A stretch of DNA of 64,000 nt, taken from the NCBI GenBank assembly GCA_964035575.1, contig OZ037845.1, positions 186,001 through 250,000 on the forward strand. The letters are read 5' to 3'. Both the position numbers and the translations under genes were made by a program. Origin of the DNA: Rhynchopus sp. YZ270_cl-10. Taxonomy: Eukaryota. The notes beneath the pieces are model-generated. The model was not told the origin of the DNA. It saw only the letters and a program-made list of their open reading frames with translations, and did not search any database. Shown piece by piece: positions 25,858 through 37,100 of the stretch (position 1 is its first letter; every line of letters starts with the position of its first letter).

Positions 25858-26809
25858 TCAAATTTTATTTTTGGAGAGGATCTGAACCCGGTTTGATGGG
25901 ACCAGGCCAATGATGTCTGGGTCGGAGAAGAGAGAGGCACTCCACCAGTTCCCGGAGTGGTCGTGGATCTTGAGTTTGTCGTTCTGTTGAGAGAGGGGGT
26001 TGGTGTTGAGCCTTTGCATCACATACCTCGTTTAAGGACAGCTCATCGTCGTTCTCAGCCTCGTACGCGAACATTGCCACACCGAAGGACTCGCCCGGCG
26101 CAAGCGCATCCTCATCCGCTTCGCAGAAGTCACGCACTGCGCTGTACGCACTGTGTGTCGCACCTTCTCTCTCCACACCTGCCACATGCGATGATCTGAC
26201 CTGCACTGCTGGTGTCAAGGACTTCTTGATACGCGACACAATCCTCGACAGTCCAAAGTACAGCGACACACTGATGGCAATGGTCAAAAGCTGGCGTCTG
26301 CTGGACTTCGAGAGCCACGCACTTTCCACTGCAGGCGTCGCCGCTGCCCCTGCAGTTGTCGCCTTGGCAGCCCCCCACGGCATACTCATCGGCATAGCAG
26401 AACCCCCCTCCATCCCAGGCGGGCCGCCTTCCTGCCCAACCTGCTGCACCTGGCTGTATGTGCACATCGCAGAGAGAGCGAGAATGGCGAATTGAATAGT
26501 GACCTCCACGAGACTGACAAAGGCTTGGGTGATCTCCTGCGCACCAGAGAGGATGATCTGCGCACGGGTGATGGGGTTTGCTGCTGGCTGGCCGGGCGCA
26601 GGCGCGGCACCGGGGGCGGCAGGGTTCTGGCCCTGGAGGGGGTTCTGCAGGGTGTTGGCGTTGTTGTTCATCATGTTCATGCGGTTCATGCCCATGCCAC
26701 CACCCATCCCGCCCATGCCACCCATGCCGCCGTAGCTGCTCATGCCCATGCCTCCACCGTAGCTGTTCATGCCCATGCCCCCTCCGTACCCCATACCGCC
26801 ACCGTACAT
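25858..26809 (-). CDS. PEX13: Peroxin-13-like protein (302 aa); intron 25984-26026
   Basis: YG/MG-rich N-terminus, hydrophobic segments; the spliced C-terminus forms a complete SH3 (AMFAYEAENDDELSLNENDKLKIHDHSGNWWSASLSSDPDIIGLVPSNRVQIL) and ends SKNKI*. Confidence 0.8.
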
Positions 26810-27172
26810 CGTGTGAGTTGGTGTTGTTGTGTTCTGCAAAGGGGGAGGTGTGCTGTCTGTGCTCCTTATATGGGGGAAAACAAAGGGGGGGTGACCTACG
26901 AGATCGGGCAACCGAGCACGGCAAACCCGTCCCAGACGTACAACCGGCACCGGAACCAGGTTCCGGGCTTACTCCGAGTAGAAAAGGATGAGCGGTCACG
27001 TTCCCAGGCAGTGCTAAAGTGATGAGTGTGAGTAAAGGGGGGTGTGGGGTGACGTGGTGTCGGATAGCTGTAAACTGGCGGATAAAAAAAAATGGCCAGT
27101 TTTTCTCAAAAAATGGGGGATAGTTAGAAAGGGGGGTGGGAGTGTAAAGGGTGTATTGTCATGCATATGTTG

Positions 27173-28261
27173 TCAAGGCAAATGTGAGATGTCAACAATC
27201 TCAATCCCGTCGTTCGCTTCGTACACCACCACACCACCACAGCTGCTGATTGCGAGTCCTAAATTTCCTTTGGCACAGTCACGATGAAACAGTCGTTCCC
27301 CTGTTGAGATGGACCACACGCACAATGTATCGGAGCTGGCAGCAACAAGGTCGTTCGACACAGCAACACTACTCCAGTGTGAGACGTCTTCAAATACACA
27401 TTCACCTGCTTCGATGTTCCAGACGTGCACATAGTTGGTACAACACGCCGCAATGAAACGCTGGTTTGGTGACAGTGCCACATACTCAACACAGGAAAGG
27501 CATGTCAGAACAAGCACCTCCTCCCCTGTCGTGTAGTCCCAGATGGTGACGTATTTGCTTTGGTCGCCAAACATCGCCACCCTGTCGCCTGTCACGACCA
27601 TGACGGCCACGCACTCCACAATATGGTCCCATTCATGCACAACAACGCCTGTTGCAATGTCCCACACCTGCAAGCCCTTGTCCTTGCCGCATGACAACAA
27701 CTTTGTTCCACAGGGTGACCATGCCGTGGTCAACCTCTCACCCGCATCTCCAAAGGAGTGCTCCACTGCACCTGTCTTCACGTGACGAACTTCAGCACAC
27801 AGCGTGCCCTTGTTGACGCGTGATATCCACTCACTGCACGGTGAGAATGATGGGGTATAAGCATAGTCGCTAGGGGGGTGCATAACTTCGGAAACGAAGC
27901 GGCACAGACACTTGTGTGTTTCCGTGTCGAATATAGACGTATTCACCTCATCCATCACTGCAAGATACCTATCACACGGGGAGAGTGTAAGCGAGAATAT
28001 GTAATCAGATGGTATCACCCCAGGAGTGATGTTGGCACCAGTGCAGTACAGCTCAACGGCACATCCCTCATCCATCTCCGTGTCGCAGATGCGCAAGTCG
28101 TCATTGCCGATGTCGCCACCGCCTCTCATCCGCACACCAACATGCTGAGCACGTGGCACGCCAAGCTCCGCAAGAAGCTTCCCCTTCACCTGTGCAAGGG
28201 TGTCGCTCCCGTCCACTTCTATCACACAGCTTGCAGACTCGAAGTATCCTGTGATGTCCAT
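27173..28261 (-). CDS. Ubiquitin-like N-terminal domain plus WD40 repeat protein (362 aa)
   Basis: IEVDGSDTLAQVKGKL ubiquitin-like segment; repeated SPCG...LQVWD / IWD / VWN WD40 signatures. Confidence 0.8.
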   Translation of the reverse strand: MDITGYFESASCVIEVDGSDTLAQVKGKLLAELGVPRAQHVGVRMRGGGDIGNDDLRICDTEMDEGCAVELYCTGANITPGVIPSDYIFSLTLSPCDRYLAVMDEVNTSIFDTETHKCLCRFVSEVMHPPSDYAYTPSFSPCSEWISRVNKGTLCAEVRHVKTGAVEHSFGDAGERLTTAWSPCGTKLLSCGKDKGLQVWDIATGVVVHEWDHIVECVAVMVVTGDRVAMFGDQSKYVTIWDYTTGEEVLVLTCLSCVEYVALSPNQRFIAACCTNYVHVWNIEAGECVFEDVSHWSSVAVSNDLVAASSDTLCVWSISTGERLFHRDCAKGNLGLAISSCGGVVVYEANDGIEIVDISHLP

Positions 28262-30698
28262 ATTCAGGGGGGGTAACTCTGTTCTGTGGGGACAGGTGTA
28301 CGCACCTTACAACCCTCTTCAGCAGTGTCTTCATCCTCACATCTCACAAGGACCCGCTCCTCAAGGTACGTGGGTTGGGTACAAAAAAAAAAAAAAAGCG
28401 GTCTTTTTTATTTCAAAAACTTGGATTAGTTTTGTGCAATTGAAACCAGAAAAAAAGGAAAAAACCCCCCAGACAATGGTACCCTCGCTCTGCTGCAAGA
28501 GAAGAAAATAAAAACACAAATACATGCAAAACGACAAATCGTAAGGGAGGTAACAGTTTGAAACCCCCCTCAAATCTAACGGCCTTCCAGTCCCCTCAAC
28601 CCTTTCACAAACAAAAAGAGCGCAGAAATTTGAGCAGTGATACTGAGGATAAAAGTTAGCCCCTCAATCCTTGGTACAGTGAAGAGGAAAAAAAAATGTG
28701 GAAATTGGCTGGCCTTTTTTGTCGTTTTTATTGCATTTTATTGGCATTTTGTTTTTCTCTTTGCAAGAGATTTGTAACTTTTTAATTTGAATTTTGTTGT
28801 TTTTTTTTGAAAAAAGTGAAAAACTGTTGGAATAGCGTTGTGATGCTTTTCACCGAACAGGGCAATCTTTGAAGTGATAAGGAAAACCACCATAAGCGCA
28901 ATGACTGTTACAAAATGAACAAACAGACACAAGACACTAACATGAACAATACAGAAAAGAGAACAACGAACGCTGCGTGAGGCGCCACAAAACGCACACA
29001 TGCATCGGAGGGAGAAATGAGATTTCTTCTTCTTCTTCTTCTTCTTCTTTGTGATAAAAAATATCAAACGGCACCCTTCGCATGGCCACCTGGTAATGTA
29101 CAAAAAAAGGATTAGTGTTCGCTACCCGATGAGCTTCACTAAAAAAAAATTGGTTTCTTTTCATCGTCTTTCAGTTCAAAGAATACGAAAGCATTTTTTT
29201 TGGGAGTGTGCAAAGTACTCCCCGCTGAATTATTAAAAAGCGTGCGCAAAGAATATTATTAACCCACCTCCTCTTGTCTCACTCTCAAACAAAAAAAAAA
29301 GTCATTTTCACTTTGGATGAAATATACAAATATATTCCTCCCCCCGAAAACAGAAGATAGCTTTCCCCGATAACATTGGTTCAAAAACACAATTTGAGAT
29401 TTTTTTTTAGAGTGCAGAGAAGAAACAGCATCTCTTCACTTCTCTTGATATTTTCTTTTTTGAAAGTTTTGTTAAAAATGGTTGAACCAACCGTTTGCTG
29501 TTTTAAAAATACAATAAAAAGGTGAGAACTACAATTATACCTGCCGTTCTAACCTATTACCGTATTTTATTTTGAAAAAAATGAAATGAACTCATGTTCA
29601 TACGCTATGGAAAAGAAAGCTATGACTGTGTTACAACACACATCACAACTTTCCAAAACCCTCACGTACGAAACAAAGAGTTCGTTTAAAAAAAAAAAAG
29701 AAAACGGAACCCGCCCTGCCATCAAGATCAGAAACGTTGCCTGGAAACTATGATCTCTAGTATTTGCTTATTGAGTGAAAAAAACCGCCTCAAATTTGAA
29801 GAAACCCTCAAAAAAAAAAATTGAAAATAATGCATAACCTCACATAGGGGTGCACATCAATTCAAATGGATTTTTTTTTTTTTCAAAGATTTTTCAAAAA
29901 AAAGAAGGAAATTTCACCCAAAAAAAAACAAAAAAACTACAAAAAGATCACTCCCTTAGTAAAGCGGATGGGCACCATCAAGGGTGTTATAATTGCTTTG
30001 GATTGGGAAGGCAAACTGTTTCGAAGTTCCGTCACATGGAGGGCGGTCAAAGTAGTCTGCTGACACTCAAGACACACGGAAAGGAAAAAAAAAACTAAAT
30101 GTGTGTGACAGGAAATACCCCATACACACAAATAGAATAGACACACGCGTCCACACATTTCTCACCTTTTTTTTCAATCTTCTTTCGTGCTATCAAAAAG
30201 GTCTTTTCAAGAAAAGCTTTAATAACATTTCTGAATACAGAATAAAAGGACCCCCTCGTTTGTAACAAAGAGGAATGGGAAATGTGGAAGGAAAAAAAGA
30301 GACGCTATTTTATGCAGAACTACCATAAATCCAGATCACATAAAAACATCAAAAAAAACCCGCCGCAATAAGACCAAGGTTCAAAAGAAAAAAGTTTTTT
30401 TGTTTTTGGAAGACAATCCGAAGACCACCTTGCAAAGAACATCTCTCTAACCACATTCCAGTATAACAAAGAAGAATAACGAAAAAAAGGATCAAGCCTT
30501 TGAATTCCATTTTCAACTTTTGTTACGGAAAACACGGAAGGAGACATGCACAACTTTTTTTTGAACCTTGTCAGCACCTCTTGAAGAAAAAAAAGAACCA
30601 ATTTAATTGGTCCCAAATTTTAGAACAACAAAAATGGGACCAAAAAAAAAAGCCGTTTTTTTTTTCTTTAGTTACAAAAGGTGCTGCCTATTGCGGAA

Positions 30699-32621
30699 TT
30701 ATCCTCAGCAGCCTCCCTGGTCCGCGGAAGCTCCGCTGGACTTCGTCTGTTGAATTTTTTTTTTTGGATGAATTTTTTTTTTATTTTTGAAAACTTGGTT
30801 GTATTAGTGTAGCCACCCTAGAGTGTGCTCCACTATTTTTTTTTTGAAAAATAGCTAACATACCGTTGAGAGAGTTGTCATCAACTCTGCAACTGTCGGG
30901 TGGATCCCGATCGTGTCGTCGAACATCTCCTTTGTCGCTCCTGCGCGCATTGCGACAGCCACACCCTGCAGAATCTCTCCGGCATTGGGTGTCAGGATGT
31001 GGAATCCGATCACCTTCTCGTTGTTCTTCAGGTCCGTGATCATCTTGATGTAGCACACACCGTCGGGCTTCTTCGCGACAGACCACTCAAGCGGCTTGAA
31101 GAAGGAGTGGTACACCTCGATGTTGTTCTCCCCGAACGCCTTGATAGCGTCCTCCTCTGCGTAGCCGCAGACACCGTACTCGAGGGGTGTGAACACTGTG
31201 GTGGGGATGGCTGCCTGGGACATGAGGCCTGTACCGTGGTCGTAGAGACGCTTGGCAAGCAGACGTCCCTGCTTGATGGCAACGGGGGTCAGCTCAAGCC
31301 CGCCCTCGATGATGTCGCCGATTGCGTAGATGTGTGGTGTGGAGGTGCGCTCTGCCTTGTCCACGATGATCTTCCCGCTCTTGGCGGTCTCGACACCAGC
31401 CGCAGCCAGGTCGACCTTGTTGTCGGGCACACGCCCCATCGCAAAGAGGACAGTGTCGCACTCAATCGAAGCATTGTCGCTCAGGTACACAACCAGCTTC
31501 CCGTTGTCAAGCTTCTCAACCTTCGTCGGCGTAACACCACGTCTGAAGGTCGTGCCCTCAGCCGCCATGTGGTCCACAATGATCCCCGCCATCTGCTGGT
31601 CAAACCCACGAAGAGGAATGGAACGCATCAGGACAGTGGTGTCAAAGCCAAGGCCGGTGAGGAAGCCGGCACACTCGAGGGCAATGTAGGAGGCACCGAC
31701 GACGACGGTCTTGCCGGGGGACTTCTCGAGGGAGAAGATGTCGTCGGAGGTGATGCCGTACTCCTTGGCTCCGGGGATGTCGGGGTAGGCAGGGCGTCCA
31801 CCCATGGCAAGGACGATGCGGCGTGCGGTGATGGACTCGGTTGCGCCCTTCTTGTTGGTGCACTCCACGGTGTGTGCGTCGATCATCTTGCCGAGCGCGT
31901 TCTTGTACTTAACGTTGGCAGAGCGCAGCTCCGACACAGACCCAAAGTTGAGCGACTTAATGTGCATCTGGATGTTGTCCTTCACGTTCTCCCAGCTGAA
32001 CTGGGTCGGCTGTGCGAGCTCCTCGGGGGCACCGTAGTGCGGTGCGTGCATGATAGTGTCGCGGTGGATGGCGGCAGTGTGGAAAAGCTTCTTCGGGATG
32101 CACCCCACGTTCACACAGGTACCTCCGAAGCCCCACTTGGTTCCGGGAGGGGACGGCTTCACGAAGTCAAGGCAGCACACCTTCGGTTCGGCTCCGTTCG
32201 CGAGACCGTCGGGTGTGAGGAGCTCTGCAGCAGCCTTGCTCAGGGCCATGCCACCGGAGCCGCCACCAATCACGATCATCTCGAAGTCGTATTTGTGGTC
32301 GTCAGACTCGGCGTCGTCCTTGAGCTGCACGTTGTTCGCGCTGCTGGCTTCGTAGGCCTTCAGGTACGCGAGCGTGTCGTCACAGCCTCCAAGCAGGGCA
32401 CCGTCCTTGGTCACGAGAGGGGAGGTCTTGTGCTGCTTGCCCAGACGCTCGCCCTCACCCACAGCCCACTCACGGAACGCATCACGCTCCATGGTGTTGA
32501 CACGGACACCGACGTTGCCGCCACTGCGTGTGGACACCTCCTGTGCAGCGATGGCAGCCTTGTCGTGGAAGGGACACCCCTTCCACCCTGTCACAACAAG
32601 CTCAACGCGTGTGGACGCCAT
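30699..32621 (-). CDS. TXNRD: Glutaredoxin-like domain-fused thioredoxin reductase (TGR-type) selenoprotein, 601 aa; intron 30747-30863; Sec UGA at 30707-30705
   Basis: GGGSGG FAD motif, CVNVGC active site, GASYIALE, IHPT; N-terminal CPFH Grx-like domain; the spliced last exon reads TKSSGASADQGGC-TGA-G-TAA. Confidence 0.92.
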
Positions 32622-34142
32622 TCTAGCCTGCGGACGGTGGTTGAAGTGTGTGATGGGTTTGTGAGTGAAGGTCGTGAAGGTGCGGAAGGGGACTGAAGAA
32701 AACCTGGTTGCTCTCCTGGGGAGAACAACGCTTCTCCCTGCGAAAAGGGCGGCGCGACGAATCGTTGTAGCCCCTTAGGTGGTGATGACTGGGAGAGAGG
32801 GTGGGGTGGGGAATGAGGGAGAGAAGAAAAAAAGGGCGGGCGGTGTTCGTTTATCAGATCGTGTTTCTACGTGCCTTCTGGGGCTCAGCAATACCGGCAC
32901 GAGAAAAATCCAAAAAAAAGAAGTTCACGTAAAAAGAAACCACTAAGATGAATGTTGCGTGCATGCATATACATCTTCACCATCGAACATGAATGGAACT
33001 CACGTTCACACACATTGTCGATAAAGGTAGACCGTGTCGTCGTTCCCTCACCCCCCCTTCTTGTAGTTGTTTGACGCGTTGACGCTTCCACACACACTGT
33101 GGTGTTGCGGAGCACGGTTGGGTGAGTGAACGACATGACACTTTCCACCAGAGTGGTGTGCGTAAAAAAAAATAAGGTACCTTCTGTAACCAGGTCCGCG
33201 GTGGGTATCCAAGGAGATACGCAATCCACAACCTGTACCATGTGACTGGTGTGTCACAGAACGTTAGAAAACAGGGTAGAGCACAAGGGGCAGAAGGTGT
33301 GCAGGGGTACACACCATCAGATCTTGGGAGCTTGATGAGGAAGCTAAAAGAATGACAACGTGAAAGAGGTTATGTGCCCAGGATAGGCACACATTTTTAA
33401 GAGATTGGGAAAATGGGAAATAGGGAGCAAACCAAAAAGGGGGTGCTGGGATATTCACAAAGAGGAGCAGAGAGAAGCGTGCCGCCATCCAGTGTGTCTC
33501 GTGGACATATAATGGCGGCGTACTTCTCAAGCAGCTCTTCGCAAAAACGTGATTCCTTCACACAAGCTCAGTACTACAATTTGCAGTGACAGGGCCTCGT
33601 GCACATTGAGACAACTAACATCTCAGAAGGCATACAAGGCGACAGTCTACGGCAAAAAGTACAAACAAATACGCTCACAGTATGCTGTGATACACTAAGC
33701 TCAAACAAATGTGCACTAATGAAAAAACGCAAGAACTAGAGCTGTGTGCGAGGAAACCAACTCAACTGGTTAACATCACAAACCAGTCGACCCAAAAAAT
33801 GATAATATTCTTTCAAAAAAGCAATAGAAACAGGTAAGACAACGAAAAAGCTTTTCTCAAAACCGTGTGTGCAGAATGCATCACAGGGTTTGAAATCGAA
33901 AAGCGCTGGCAAAAACTGCGAACCCTGCAAATTTGCAAGGAGTGACAAAAATAAAACAGACCTTCAATAGAAAGTTGCAACATCAACAAAAAAATGAATA
34001 TGGCGAGTAGATGATTCGGGGTCACATACACTTCTCGACAGCTCGACATAATAAACAAAATAACATCAGTAGGACAAAATGTAATCCCGACATTGAGAGC
34101 AAATCCTTCCAATCAGTACGAACAACACAACTTCAGAATTAC

Positions 34143-37100
34143 CTAGAGACAGGCACGCGCATCGAGACACGCGAGCTTGGTGCATCCAAGGGCTCCGTCA
34201 GTGCAATGGCAAGTGTTGCAGTCGTTGGTTCCCTCGTCCTTGCCAGACCAGCCGCTTGCGACAACAGTTCCGCACTGCAGAGTGCACGACTTCTGACCAC
34301 ATGGCGCCGAGTCACATCCGATCTTGGTGCATCCAAGGGCTCCGTCAGTGCAAGTGCAGGTGTTGCAGTCGTTGGTTCCCTCGTCCTTGCCAGACCAGCC
34401 GCTTGCGACAACAGTTCCGCACTGCAGAGTGCACGACTTCTGACCACATGGCGCCGAGTCACATCCGATCTTGGTGCAGCCAAGGGCTCCGTCAGTGCAA
34501 TGGCAAGTGTTGCAGTCGTTAGTTCCCTCGTCCTTGCCAGACCAGCCGCTTGCGACAACAGTTCCGCACTGCAGAGTGCACGACTTCTGACCACATGGCG
34601 CCGAGTCACATCCGATCTTGGTGCAGCCAAGGGCTCCGTCAGTGCAATGGCAAGTGTTGCAGTCGTTAGTTCCCTCGTCCTTGCCAGACCAGCCGCTTGC
34701 GACAACAGTTCCGCACTGAAGAGTGCAAAACTTCTGACCACATGGCGCCGAGTCACATCCGATCTTGGTGCAGCCAAGGGCTCCGTCAGTGCAAGTGCAG
34801 GTGTTGCAGTCGTTGGTTCCCTCGTCCTTGCCAGACCAGCCGCTTGCAACTGCAGTTCCGCACTGAAGAGTGCACGACTTCTGACCACATGGCGCCGAGT
34901 CACATCCGATCTTGGTGCAGCCAAGGGCTCCGTCAGTGCAATGGCAAGTGTTGCAGTCGTTAGTTCCCTCGTCCTTGCCAGACCAGCCGCTTGCGACAAC
35001 AGTTCCGCACTGCAGAGTGCACGACTTCTGACCACATGGCGCCGAGTCACATCCGATCTTGGTGCATCCAAGGGCTCCGTCAGTGCAAGTGCAGGTGTTG
35101 CAGTCGTTGGTTCCCTCGTCCTTGCCAGACCAGCCGCTTGCGACAACAGTTCCGCACTGAAGAGTGCACGACTTCTGACCACATGGCGCCGAGTCACATC
35201 CGATCTTGGTGCAGCCAAGGGCTCCGTCAGTGCAAGTGCAGGTGTTGCAGTCGTTGGTTCCCTCGTCCTTGCCAGACCAGCCGCTTGCAACTGCAGTTCC
35301 GCACTGAAGAGTGCACGACTTCTGACCACATGGCGCCGAGTCACATCCGATCTTGGTGCATCCAAGGGCTCCGTCAGTGCAAGTGCAGGTGTTGCAGTCG
35401 TTAGTTCCCTCGTCCTTGCCAGACCAGCCGCTTGCAACTACAGTTCCGCACTGCAGAGTGCACGACTTCTGACCACATGGCGCCGAGTCACATCCGATCT
35501 TGGTGCAGCCAAGGGCTCCGTCAGTGCAATGGCAAGTGTTGCAGTCGTTGGTTCCCTCGTCCTTGCCAGACCAGCCGCTTGCGACAACAGTTCCGCACTG
35601 CAGAGTGCACGACTTCTGACCACATGGCGCCGAGTCACATCCGATCTTGGTGCATCCAAGGGCTCCGTCAGTGCAAGTGCAGGTGTTGCAGTCGTTGGTT
35701 CCCTCGTCCTTGCCAGACCAGCCGCTTGCGACAACAGTTCCGCACTGAAGAGTGCACGACTTCTGACCACATGGCGCCGAGTCACATCCGATCTTGGTGC
35801 AGCCAAGGGCTCCGTCAGTGCAAGTGCAGGTGTTGCAGTCGTTGGTTCCCTCGTCCTTGCCAGACCAGCCGCTTGCAACTGCAGTTCCGCACTGAAGAGT
35901 GCACGACTTCTGACCACATGGCGCCGAGTCACATCCGATCTTGGTGCAGCCAAGGGCTCCGTCAGTGCAATGGCAAGTGTTGCAGTCGTTAGTTCCCTCG
36001 TCCTTGCCAGACCAGCCGCTTGCGACAACAGTTCCGCACTGCAGAGTGCACGACTTCTGACCACATGGCGCCGAGTCACATCCGATCTTGGTGCATCCAA
36101 GGGCTCCGTCAGTGCAAGTGCAGGTGTTGCAGTCGTTAGTTCCCTCGTCCTTGCCAGACCAGCCGCTTGCAACTACAGTTCCGCACTGCAGAGTGCACGA
36201 CTTCTGACCACATGGCGCCGAGTCACATCCGATCTTGGTGCAGCCAAGGGCTCCGTCAGTGCAATGGCAAGTGTTGCAGTCGTTGGTTCCCTCGTCCTTG
36301 CCAGACCAGCCGCTTGCGACAACAGTTCCGCACTGCAGAGTGCACGACTTCTGACCACATGGCGCCGAGTCACATCCGATCTTGGTGCATCCAAGGGCTC
36401 CGTCAGTGCAAGTGCAGGTGTTGCAGTCGTTGGTTCCCTCGTCCTTGCCAGACCAGCCGCTTGCGACAACAGTTCCGCACTGAAGAGTGCACGACTTCTG
36501 ACCACATGGCGCCGAGTCACATCCGATCTTGGTGCAGCCAAGGGCTCCGTCAGTGCAAGTGCAGGTGTTGCAGTCGTTGGTTCCCTCGTCCTTGCCAGAC
36601 CAGCCGCTTGCGACAACAGTTCCGCACTGAAGAGTGCACGACTTCTGACCACATGGCGCCGAGTCACATCCGATCTTGGTGCAGCCAAGGGCTCCGTCAG
36701 TGCAAGTGCAGGTGTTGCAGTCGTTGGTTCCCTCGTCCTTGCCAGACCAGCCGCTTGCGACAACAGTTCCGCACTGAAGAGTGCACGACTTCTGACCACA
36801 TGGCGCCGAGTCACATCCGATCTTGGTGCAGCCAAGGGCTCCGTCAGTGCAAGTGCAGGTGTTGCAGTCGTTGGTTCCCTCGTCCTTGCCAGACCAGCCG
36901 CTTGCGACAACAGTTCCGCACTGCAGAGTGCACGACTTCTGACCACATGGCGCCGAGTCACATCCGATCTTGGTGCAGCCAAGGGCTCCGTCAGTGCAAT
37001 GGCAAGTGTTGCAGTCGTTAGTTCCCTCGTCCTTGCCAGACCAGCCGCTTGCGACAACAGTTCCGCACTGCAGAGTGCACGACTTCTGACCACATGGCGC

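Noticed and set aside
29975..30040. Candidate SECIS GTGACGGAACTTCGAAA...TGATG
   Set aside because: Helix II does not base-pair convincingly
30900..32696. Long + strand ORFs opposite TrxR, MAT, LOG and GST genes
   Set aside because: Antisense shadows of GC-rich codon usage with no recognisable motifs
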